From the NCBI GenBank assembly GCA_009103225.1, contig RHPI01002069.1, positions 1,284,744 through 1,348,743 of the forward strand: 64,000 nt of DNA. Direction: 5' to 3'. The DNA comes from Chlorokybus atmophyticus. Taxonomy: Eukaryota; Plantae; Mesostigma and Chlorokybus algae. The position numbers and the translations under genes are program-made. Positions 53,586-64,000 of this stretch are shown one piece after another. Position 1 is the stretch's first letter. Each line of letters begins with the position of its first letter. A model generated the notes under the pieces. That model ran no database searches, was not told the DNA's origin, and was given only the letters and a program-made list of their open reading frames with translations.

Positions 53586-55771
53586 GGGGAGGGGGGGGGA
53601 AGGGCTAGGCAGGAGAGAGGCAAGGAAGGCACACAGTGGCATAAACTGAGCAGATAGAGCATGGCGCAGGAGCTGAGGAGCAGCGGTGTGCGTGAGTGTA
53701 AAAGCGGGGGCCTGTAAAATGTTTACCTGCGCCGCCGCCGCCACCAGTTCTTGTTAGCTAGAGGGCCATGCGATGCAAATAGCTACACCAGCAGCGGCCG
53801 CCGCCGCCGCCGCCGCCGCTACCATCACCACCGGCGCCGCCGCCAATGCCGCTGACTCTGACGCAACGGCCCAACAAGCAAATTGCCCGCCCAAGCTCAA
53901 ATCTGCCGGAAAAGGGATTTTCAAACCCCCAATTGCAAGTTTTTGAGTTTTGGGGTTTCGGGCTGGGGTACAGCGCGATCGATACTGGTACGCAGTGCCT
54001 GCGTACCGGAAGCAGTCGGAAGCGGAACGTCACGGCAGTCTTCCCTCGTTAAGAGAATCACGTTTATCCTTACCCATTTCATTCCACTAACGGGGGTATT
54101 CTCTTAGTGTTTATGAGAAGATATTCTCTTACCGCCAAGAGCATATTTATGCTCTTAAAAAGGTTACCGCCAGAAACATGCATGTGCGTGTTAGAGAATA
54201 CATATGTTGTTAGCGAGGTGCCTGCAAAAAACATGCTCATAGGCACGATAACCATGTTATTGTGCAAGATGTGCAAGAGTATGTATGTTATCCACATGTG
54301 TGTAACATATATAGTGTTGTACCAGGGTCTGAAGGCTTACGCATGGGCCACACGTTTTGCCCATGTCCGCACGTACCCGCATGTGCGCATGTGTGCGCAT
54401 ACATATATGTATACAAAAGAAGTATGATATCATTGTGCTTAAGCTAACAAATGTGCGCACATACCACTTGCTCATTATGTGCTAGTATTTATCATGCAGA
54501 TCAACATCACAAACACATGCATTACAATCACCAATCACTGGTTCATGTGATACATGCTATCGCTACTCTACTGTAACGGAGTGCTATCGCTATGCGGTTC
54601 CCCTCCCTTATTTAATTTGAAATAAGGGTCCCAACGGGATAAACACAGCCATTAGAGTTGTATTAGGGCCTGTATAGGCCCTAATAAGGTGTTATGTTAT
54701 GTAACACCGATATCGACTTGAGACATGAGTCTAAAGTGGATATCGGCCGCATGGCGATGCTGCCAACGCAGCGACCGCCATAGTCTTTCGATCCCCTAGC
54801 TGCCAGCGGCGGCGGCGGCGATGTGGCTGTGGTTGGTGGTGTTTGGGTAGGGGATTTAAGGGGGCGGTAGCACCCCCCTTTCTTACATTTTGTATCGGAG
54901 CGAGGGCGTGGGGGCCTGGGGGGGCGGCGACGGCTTTGGCGGCGGCGGGGCGCAGAGGCGGCAGTCGACACTGCTCAGTGCCAACGTCAGGCCGGCGGCC
55001 TGGCAGCCGCTACCCACTAGGGTGGGTAGTGGTAGTTGTTAGCTAGGTGTTGTTGTTGTATAGTTGTATAATTGTATAGTTGCTGCTGTTGGTGTAGCCT
55101 AGCCTAGCCTTGCCTTGCCTTGCTTGCTTGGCCTAGCCTAGCTTGCCTGGCCTAGCCTAGCTTCTTAGTGTGAAGGGGAGGCGGCCACTCAGGCAGCCTC
55201 AAGTATTGCATCTCAGCACGTCACTTGTATCTAAATTACAATATTACTTGTGACTGTGCTAGTGGTTGGGGCTGCCACCACGTGGATTCGTGGTGGTGTA
55301 AGGGGGGGTTGTGGTTGTTTACACTTCTCCCACCCCAAGAAAGCAGTCTATGGCCAACTTGGGCTGTTTTGGCCGCCATTCAGTGCGATAGGGCCGCCAG
55401 AATCATTCTGGGCGTTCGATATCAAACCCTCGACTCAGGACTTGTTGATATTGGCCTGTAGGGCTGATTCAACGAGAGTTTGGCACCTTTTGTGTCATTT
55501 ACAATTGTGAGTTGAGCAGGGTTGTACAAAGTGAAAACTTTAAGTTGTTGTAGCTTGTGAACCGTCGCGTGGATTTGCGTGCGGTTTGTTTACAAGCGAG
55601 TATCTTGTTGAGAGGTGTTGGGCATGCATTTTACGTGCTGTTCAACCCAAGTATAGCACCTTAAGATCAACGAGAAAGAAACAACAAATTTTGACACGTT
55701 TAGAGTGCACAACTCATGTGCTTGTGCACTCGTGCACTTGCAAATTTCTTGACGGCTTGTCTCCTTGGCAG

Positions 55772-57228
55772 ATGTCTCACCAAGGAGAGGAAGGAGGGAT
55801 GTATCCCGTACCTGAGGATTCATCCTATGAGCCATCAAGTGATGAGGAAGTGAAGCACTCAGAAACGAGTGGTGGTTACACTGTCAGTGAGGAGGAAGAA
55901 GCCAAGTCCAAGAGTGGTGAAGCTTCTTTAAAGAAGTCCTCTCATGATGATCAACCAATGGACGCTCAGAGCACTATCGGGGCGGCCATAGCGAAGTACG
56001 CATCAGAGCGTGAAGCACTTCTTGCTGCACACCCCCAGCTTCGCAAGGAAGTGTGGGATGAATGGGCGCAGCAAGTGCGTAACGCATATAAGACGGACTT
56101 CGCGGCACTCCTGCGCGCAAGCAAGAAGATGGTGATTCGCATGATTGAGCACGAGTTGACGCGTAATGTACCGCAACTCATGCGCACAGATCCGGCAGTG
56201 GCCACTCTTATGGCTACTTATGACAAACCAGGCCCGTGTCCAGGCCAGAGGATGGCGTTCGAGGCTCTCACCTTATTGACGGTGGAAACTCAGAAGCGTT
56301 GCAAGGACCTCTTCTGGTATTTAGGGCCTGAGTTGGAGGAGAAGTTAGCTCGAGAAGTGCGCTTGACTGCACACCTCGATGCTATGCAGTCCGAGTTGGT
56401 GGCATTACGCCAGCAGGTGGCAGCGGCTACTACTACTGTAGCAGGGACATCAGTTAGCCTACCCGTCACAGCGCTGAACAAGCCCGAGAAGTTCAAGCCC
56501 AATGGGGCTGTCAATATTCATGATTGGGTGGTGAATGTAAAGCGGTACTTGGCTGCACTTCAGCGACCAGTTAGTGAGCATACATCTGTTGCTGAGTTGC
56601 TCATGCCACCTGACGCTTTGGCCGAGTGGGCGCGTCAAACAGAGGATAGTGCTTCCAAGACTGTGGAGGCATTGTTTCAGTTCTTGCTGGAGCGCTATTG
56701 TGGCATGGACCCGGCTACTGCTGCTGGCAACAAGCTTACCAAGCTGCGACAGAATGGTCGGGCGGCTTCAGTGTACTTGCAGGAGCTTCAGGCACTTGTT
56801 GGCCGTGTCAACAGTGGGCTCATGCCCATAGACAAGGCTGATCAGTTTGACCAGTACAAGCGCGGCTGGGATGCGCGCTTGCGCGACCAATTGCAGTACA
56901 ACACGTCGACGGGGCAACCGTGGGTTCCCGCGGACCTCGCAATTTTGCAGAGGTTGAGTGTGTATCTGTTCAATGACGATGCTGCGGCTGTGCACGACAA
57001 GTCACAGGTGGTGGCTTCACTGAACTGGCAGTCAAGCCACATGGGGGAGGGGGGAAGCGGTTCCCTCCACCAAGTGCGCATACGGCGAAAAAGGCCAAAA
57101 CCTCATACAAACTTGCGAGTGGTGCTACGCCTATTGCAGCACGCGCCTGCTACGTGTGCCATCAGCCAGGTCACATTGCGAAGAACTGCCCAACCAAGGG
57201 AAAGGGCAAGGCCAAGAAGGTTGAATAG
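55772..57228 (+). pseudogene. gag with CCHC zinc knuckle (frameshift near the G-run at ~57041-57055)
   Basis: KPEKFKPNG...DWVVNVKRY, KLTKLRQNG..AS.Y..E, CYVCHQPGHIAKNC (57148-57189). Confidence 0.8.
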
Positions 57229-60131
57229 GATTACGTCGTGACTGATGTACCTTCATATAGTGGCCAGTTGCTAGTGTTACCTACAGCAAACTGGTTTGAT
57301 GAATTGTCTCGTGTACATGTAATGACACATGCATGGCAAGCACATGATAAGCTGCCACTTTTTGATAGTGAAAAAGTGGATGACCAGGCTTGTGTGCTAG
57401 TGCATGTAGAATTTAACATGCTAACTTAGTGTTGAACAGAAGTTTTGCGCGTTGTGTGAGTTACAAAATAAACACACGACACTGAGTGTGGTTGTCATGG
57501 TGCCCAAGTATCATGGACCGTGGCTAAAGCTTACTCGGGGGGGAACTGTGTTAAAACAATTCACGAAGCGTAAGACGGGGACAGTGCGGTTGTCAGCAAT
57601 ATTGATTAACCCACGCATTAGTCATGGAATCTTGGCTACCTTTCAAGGGCAAGTAGTACCTTGATTGTGGACCTTCACAGGCACGGCACATGGTATTACT
57701 AGCTCGTTCTTGGTTGACACCGGGGCAACGCATAATCTCGTTGAAGATAAATGGGTTATGCGCAATAAGATAGCGTGTAAACCCTCAGCCTTCTCAGCGG
57801 CTGGTGCTAGAAGTGCGTTACCATTAGAAGGTAAAATCAAGTTGAAAGTTAAGATTGGTAGTTATCAAGCCAATTCAACGCTCATCGTGGTACCCATTGA
57901 CATAGCTGGTGTTAATGTGGTATTTGGCCAAGAATAGCAAGATCAAGTGTCTATGACATTAGATACTGCTGCACGGCTGTGCACAGTAAAGAAGGGGCGT
58001 AAGCGCATCACTTTGTCCGTGCAGGGGTCGCATAGCTTGGAATACAAGCAAACAGACCCTGCGTTACTTATGGCTTCAAGTAAAGCGTGCGTTACGTAAA
58101 AACACACCTGCTTTTTTAATGCAGTTAACGTCAAGTGATGATGTAGTGCCTGGCAATACAAAAGGTGTGGCGGACATCATTGTAAAACTTTAGGATGTGT
58201 TCTCAGATGAGTTGCCGGGCTTGCCCCCTGATCGAGGTGTCGAACACACAATACCTTTAATTCCTAATAGTGAGCCTCCATTTCGGCATATATATAGGTT
58301 GAGCCCTCGTGAGAGAGAAGAAATGGAGACACAGATAAAAGAGTTATTGGAAAAGGGATTGATTGAATCAAGTTCTTCACCCTTTGGCGCACCCATATTG
58401 TTTGTCATGAAAAAGAATGAGAAGTTGCGCATGTCTGTGGATTACCGTGCTCTGAACAAGATCACGATAAAGAACAGATACCCGTTGCCAAGGATTGATG
58501 ATGTGTTTGACAAGTTGTCAGGGAATGCGTATTTTAGTACGCTAGACTTGACAAGCGGCTATCATCAAATCCGGATTCATCCTTCCGATGTCTATAAGAC
58601 AGCATTCAGGACACCTACGGGTCATTATCAATACAAAGTGTTACCTTTCGGATTGATTAATGCACCCGCTGTGTTTCAGAACGAAATGAATAAATATTTT
58701 GGTGATATGCTTGGTCAACATGTCATGATATACTTGGATGACATCATTGTCTTCAGTAAAAGAAAGGAAGAACATAGGCAACACTTGGAAGCGGTGTTTG
58801 CAAGATTGCGCAAGCATCGTTTGTTGGCAAATCTCACCAAGTGTGATTTTTGTAAAACGGAGTTGCCCTTTCTTGGTCACATTGTGAGTGGTGCGGGTAT
58901 CAAACCTGACCCTCGCAAAGTGCAGATTGTGAAGGAGTGGCCCCAACCTCAGAATATCCATCAACTAAGGTCGTTTCTAGGGTTGACAAACTACTTTCGC
59001 AAGTTCATGATGAGGTACTCGACAGTTGTCATACCTTTGAAACTGTTGCGTAAAGATGCCCCGTTCACTTGGACAACAGCACAAGAAGCTGCTATGCAAA
59101 AGGTGAAGTTGGTTTTAACATCGGCGCCGGTGTTATCATTGCCAAATTGGGACAAACACTTTACAGTGGTCAGTGACGCATCAACACTTGGATGTGGTGC
59201 AATACTGTTGCAAGATGGTAGACCTTGTGCTTATGAGAGTAGGAAGTTCATTCCTGCAGAGGTGAACTACACTACGACAGAGCAAGAACTATTGGGTATA
59301 GTTGATGCTCTTGAGACATGGAGATGTTACTTAGAGGGTGTTCAGTTCACTGTTGTGACTGACAGCCCGTTGGTGTATTTCTCAACACAGTAAAACTTGT
59401 CGAGACGACAAGCACGTTGGAATAAGTTTTTGTCCAGGTTCACCTTTGATTGGGTGTATCGGCCGGGCAGAACCAATGTGGCTGACCCTTTGAGTCGCTG
59501 CCCGTCATTACTGGCGGTGATGCGCGCGCAATTACTCGCGACACGCAGCACATTGTCTCCCGATGATGAGTTTGTGCAAACTGTTGTACATGGGTACACT
59601 TTAGACCCGTGGTTTTCTAATGCAGACAACTTACAAAAGTTTGGCAAATGTGACAATCTGTATTACATGAGCAACAGTTTGATGATACCTGATCATGCTG
59701 AACTGCGTGTAAAATGCATAGCGGACGTACATGATCTACCTTACGCTGGGCACTTTGGTAGTCGCAAGACCACTAAGGCAGCGCAACAGTTGTATTGGTG
59801 GCCATCGTTGCTTGCTGATGTGAAGCGGTATGTGGACACGTGTGTTAAATGTCAACGTGACAAACCGTTACGTCAAAAGCCCGCTGGGCTACTGCGACCG
59901 TTACCAGTTCCTGACAGTAAGTGGGAAAGTGTGAGTATGGACCTTATTACTGAGCTCCTTGAGACAGCGTTGGGTCATACTGCGGTTGCAATGTTTGGGG
60001 ATCGTTTGACCAAAATGGTTCACATTGTTTCTTGCCGTACAGAGATAGGCTCCCGTGATCTAACGATGGTTTTTGTCACTTCAGTGTTTAAGTTGCATGG
60101 CTTGCCTCGCAACATTGTCTCTGGCCGTGAC

Positions 60132-60225
<94 letters not shown>

Positions 60226-60985
60226 NCTCAATTTTGGAAGTCGCTATGCAACTTCCTGCAGATACGGCAGCATATGAGTACCGCTTATCATCCGCAGACT
60301 GATGGTCAGACTGAACGCGCCAATCAAGTGATTGAGGAAAACATTCGGCATTATGTAAGTCCGCATCAGTCTGATTGGGATATTCATCTTCCAATGGCTG
60401 AGTTCGCGATTAACAATGCATGGCAAGAGAGCGTGCAGGAAACTCCGTTTTTCTTAGATTACGGTCCACTAAGTCTTGCGAGTATTAAGTTGCCAGCTAA
60501 CGACTTGACTCGCGTGCCTGCAGCGCGCGAGATGGCTGCGCCCATGCAAGACAGGTTAGCATTGGCAAAAAGCTGTCTGCGCGCAGCGCAAGACAGACCG
60601 AGAGCCCAAGCTGATAAGCATCGTAGGCAGGCCGACTATGATGTGGGCAATTCGGTGCTTTTGAGCATTAAAAACATATCCGTCAAGGGAGTGGGTACCC
60701 GAAAGTTTTTCCCTCGCTGGATAGGCCCTTTTAAAGTGGTTGATCGGGTCAGCACTCACGCGTATCGTTTAGAGTTACCACATTCCATACGTATACATAA
60801 TGTGTTTCATGTGAGTGTACTGAAACCGAACCGTTCAGACGGTCGGGTTCAACCTCCTCCACCCCCTGTCGCAGTGGATGGCGATGATACTTTCGAGTAC
60901 GAGGTGGAAACAATCCTGAGTCACCCGTAAGCCCCGACGCGGACGCGCGCCAACTTACGTTAGTTAAGTGGAAAGGGTATGGTGT
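57229..60985 (+). pseudogene. pol: aspartic protease, RT, RNase H, integrase, partial chromodomain; several stops and frameshifts
   Basis: LVDTGATHNLV; KLRMSVDYRALN, YPLPRIDD, LPFGLINAPAVFQ, YLDDIIVFS; SDAS..GCGAILLQ, YTTTEQELL; HD...GHFG...CVKC, SMDLI, AYHPQTDGQTER, WIGPFKV; YEVETILSH..LVKWKGYG. Confidence 0.92.
60133..60226. other. Poly-C tract ending in an n inside integrase; probably an assembly/sequencing artefact
   Basis: ~93 C plus n replacing the short conserved segment between IVSGRD and FWKSL. Confidence 0.7.
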
Positions 60986-61888
60986 GTACAACGAAGTCCT
61001 GTATGCGAGTTTGATGCCCAACGTCATGGATTCGATGCTTGATGACCACATTACGCAGCTAACGTAATGTGAGCTGATGATGCTCTGAGATGGGGCAGTC
61101 ATTGATAGCGATGAATGCCTCCACACCATTTGAAAACCCCATGCACTCTGCCACCGTGACGCGCGGCGACACAACTTCCTCGCAATCATCTATAACACAA
61201 CTCCATGTGAACACTTGGTCATAAACATGCATGCATGCACCCATATGCGTGTACAATCAACTACATGTCCTCACCATCGGCCTCAACAGACTCATCGTCA
61301 GCAGCAGGCTCAGAAAGCCCAACGCTTTCCAGAATGTCCTCATCACTGGGACCAGCCTCGGTTTGGACGGTGTCATCCGCATGCACGAACTCATCTGGTG
61401 ACAGTATCTCTGTGCTTGGAATGGAGAGACGCTGCATGATGTCCCCAATCTCCCGCACAACAGCATGCTCTCGTGCGTCAGTGTCGCGAGTGGGCGCGTG
61501 CCAGAATGCTGGGGTGATGCCACTCTTCCTCCAACAGTTCTTCATGGTGGTGTCGGTGAGCTCGTTGTACGCCTCGCGACACTATATGATTGCCTCCCTA
61601 AGCTGCACCTTCACTTTGCTCAGGTCGGCTGTGGGGTCGGCATCATATTATTCCAACAAGTGTGCAACAAGCTTCCTCTTGTACCTGCCACACAAGGGAG
61701 AACGCATTACAAACTCTGACAAACAAGGCACTCTGCTTGATAGCTAACTTCAACTTGGTCTTCATGTTGGCAATGAAGTCCGCTTGCTTGACGGTGGAGT
61801 TGGCGCACATCTCATCATACAACTCAAGAATGCGCTTCCTATCCTTTAATGTGATGTTGCTACGTTTGAGAGGCTGTTGGGATGACAT
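60985..61888 (-). pseudogene. Internally deleted pogo/Tigger transposase (N-terminal HTH start + C-terminal end; DDE core missing)
   Basis: MSSQQPLKRSNITLKDRKRILEL (CENP-B/Tigger-type HTH start); YKRKLVAHLL...LREAII*CREAYNELTDTTMKNCWRKSGI; acidic tail; C-terminal QTRIQDF. Confidence 0.8.
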
Positions 61889-62420
61889 GATGCCCTAACA
61901 GAACATGAACACCCTCAGTACATGAGCACAGTCACAACACGACAATGACACGCACATGTGAGCACACCTCACACACCTTAAGAGAAGCGCCTCACAAGCT
62001 TGATTCAACTACGCCCCCATCAGGACTTGCAACGCTACCGTTCTACACCTATTTCTCCCACTGCCGCCGCCCCACGCGCCGCCGCCGCCAAGGCTTGCTC
62101 TGCGAGTGCGAGGCGGCTTCCACGCACAAGCACACTTGTGCCTGCGCACAAGCGCGCTTGTGCGCTTTGAGACAGCTGCTACCCCGATAAGAGAATATAA
62201 GCACCGGCTTTTTACGATTAAAAAGCTAGTCTTATTACGTATGAGAATATTCTCTTGAGCAGCAGTATTTGCTTGTTGAACGATTGGTCTTTTAAATCAT
62301 GATGTTAACGGGGTTATTCTCTTAAATCGAAGTCTCTTAACGGGGGAAGACTGTAGCACTACTTGGTTTTGGATACACATCGCATGTACACACCGCATAC
62401 CGATCCAACGTGCGGCACCC

Positions 62421-62913
62421 ATGTTAGACACACAGTCACTAAGCACAGCGTCAGACGAGCTGTACCGGCAGAGGATCGGCGTCCCCATGAGCAATAATGC
62501 CGGCGTGCACACGCGGCGAATGGCAATCTGCTTACATACGAGTTGGAAGCTGTACGCAAGCTGCGTGGTCGCGGGGCAATCTGCTGGCCAGATGTGCACA
62601 TGGCATTCTGCGCCACATGGATGACTTGTTTGTGGCAAACGTGCCAGAGCTGCAGCATTGCCTGCACAGAGACCCAATGGCGCTAGGAGATAATTTGTAT
62701 TCGAGAGACACTTTGACAGTGACGAGCACAGCAGTGAGGTCAACGGTGCCGCTCTTGAATCTCGGCGTCTTTCAGACGGCGGACGGTCTATGTACGAAGC
62801 TGTTTTGCAAGCAGGTTATAGAGATGTTCAGCGCCACTCCTCGCCATCGCGCACCGCTGCCAGATTCTAATATACCCCGCAGCATCAAGCTGGGGTCGTG
62901 GAATCGCAGTACA
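62421..62913 (+). pseudogene. Penelope-like element reverse-transcriptase fragment (Naiad/Chlamys-like signature)
   Basis: LYRQRIGVPMSNN...AN..LLTYE, RHMDDLFVAN.P, LLNLGV...LCTKLFCK, P.PDSNIP..IKLG; frameshifted; bounded on both sides by TA-flanked pogo ends. Confidence 0.72.
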
Positions 62914-62915
62914 TA

Positions 62916-64000
62916 CAATCTACCCTCGATATAAGAGCCACGTTTATGCGAGCCCTTTTGGCTCTTTCTTCAAATAAGAGCATGTGCTGTTACCTCAAAA
63001 TAAGAGCATGTGCTTTGATAATAAAAGAACCTCGTAATAAGAGTTATAGCTCTTATTACGAGATAACCTTGAAGTAGGATCAGTGGCTTTTGTGACGGGG
63101 TAGCAGCGGTGCATCATCAGTGTGTGCATGTGACTGTCACTGTGCTGTGATGGTGTGCGTGTCAGTGTATGGCAATGTGCGTGCATGTAACTGTGTTGAG
63201 TGTGAGTATGTCCGTGTGCGTGTTTACATAATTCCGTATTAGTCGTGCAGCATGCACTTGTGTGCGAGTGTGTGCGTGACTATGCGTGAGTGTGCTGGAT
63301 TTTGCGTCCGTGACTCTGTATGTCAGTGTGTGTAAGTGTGCGTGCATGTGAGTCTGCGTGCATGCACCCTCATATAATGCAATTACTTTTCCCATGGTCG
63401 GCATGCAACACTAGCTAGCACAAGCATGTAAGAAGCAAGCATACAACATGTGCGTCAATGCGTAAAAGGCATGAATGTCACTCTGCTGCATGCGTGTAAC
63501 ATTTGCCACTACCATCCTCATAGCCTTCTTCTTGAAGTGCTCAAGCCATGCAATGTCGCTTGCACTGAAGATTTCCAAGTTATCCGCCGTAAACACCTCC
63601 AACTTCCTCGCGCACTCCATTGCAATAGCAACAGACTCCGGTGTGATATCGTGAACATTAATGTCCCCATCAGCAATAATGTCAGGGGCAACATCCACAT
63701 CAGCCGTCACAGGCTCATGCATGTCCAACAGCTCATCAGGGGTTAACTCTGCCTCCACAAGCTGTTCACCTGGCATGTTGATGTACTCAGCTAAAACCAT
63801 GTCATCGATACCCAACTTGCTAATCAGCTCAGCCAACGCTTTGCACTCAGCATCTGCGATCTTCTGCATCGTCGTGGCAGCTCTTGCCACACTCTCATCA
63901 ACACTGCGAGTGGCGGAATACCAACCAAATGGCCATAAGTTAGCTTGAACAAAGCAGTTCTTAAAGATATATGCGTCCTTTTCTCCCAAACAGCTAATGA
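62916..64000 (-). mobile_element. 3' end of a second pogo/Tigger-like element (continues past the window)
   Basis: TA|CAATCTACCCTCGATATAAGAG terminus, subterminal aaataagagcatgtgct direct repeats and a 13-bp hairpin (63031-63062); transposase C-term FKNCFVQANL...acidic tail...MQQSDIHAFY at 63411-63989. Confidence 0.7.

Larger units (their letters stand above)
48312..53982 (-). mobile_element. Mutator-like element (MULE) with long diverged TIRs and an 8-9-bp TSD (tactggta[c])
   Basis: tactggtac at 48303-48311 and 53983-53991; ends cgatcgc.../...gcgatcga; ~170 bp alignable inverted termini, then inverted CT/GA-rich tracts containing assembly gaps. Confidence 0.85.
54572..60985 (+). mobile_element. 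Ty3/gypsy LTR retrotransposon (chromovirus), 3'-truncated; putative 5' LTR starts TGTAAC at 54572, no matching 3' LTR
   Basis: Order gag-PR-RT-RH-IN-chromodomain; the sequence switches to pogo transposase DNA at ~60985. Confidence 0.88.
54036..62353 (-). mobile_element. pogo/Tigger-like element (same family as the 47837 MITE), interrupted by an LTR retrotransposon
   Basis: TIRs CAGTCTTCCCTCGTTAAGAGA (54036) and TCTCTTAACGGGGGAAGACTG|TA (62353) match at 20/21; transposase remnants at 60985-61888. Confidence 0.8.

Noticed and set aside
60133-60226. Poly-proline/poly-glycine insertion in integrase
   Set aside because: A pure C run ending in n is most likely an artefact.
60983-61070. Complete chromodomain plus PPT/3' LTR of the retrotransposon
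   Set aside because: The sequence after KWKGYG reads as the pogo transposase C-terminus on the minus strand and does not match the 54572 LTR start.

Overview
Eukaryotic, intron-rich genomic DNA (GT-AG introns, standard genetic code), most likely a green alga; the plant-type bHLH IVc gene and telo-boxes would fit an early-diverging streptophyte, but the taxon is not provable from this window. The left ~33 kb is gene-dense: an uncharacterised S/T-P-rich protein, a secreted Cys-rich ependymin-like protein, a BET/GTE bromodomain protein, unresolved minus-strand exons, organellar release factor RF1, a NEK kinase, a UBAC1/KPC2-like UBL-UBA-UBA protein and PABP. The right ~31 kb is a transposon island containing one host gene (ILR3-type bHLH). 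It holds an ~8.5-kb Academ (AcademX-type: DDE + XPG-like + Cys cluster) element whose 5' exons encode a basic bZIP/bHLH-like module, a pogo-type MITE, a MULE with long TIRs and a TSD, a pogo-like element interrupted by a 3'-truncated Ty3/gypsy chromovirus, a Penelope-like RT fragment and a second pogo-like element. All annotation was done by eye with no database searches; exon boundaries are predictions.
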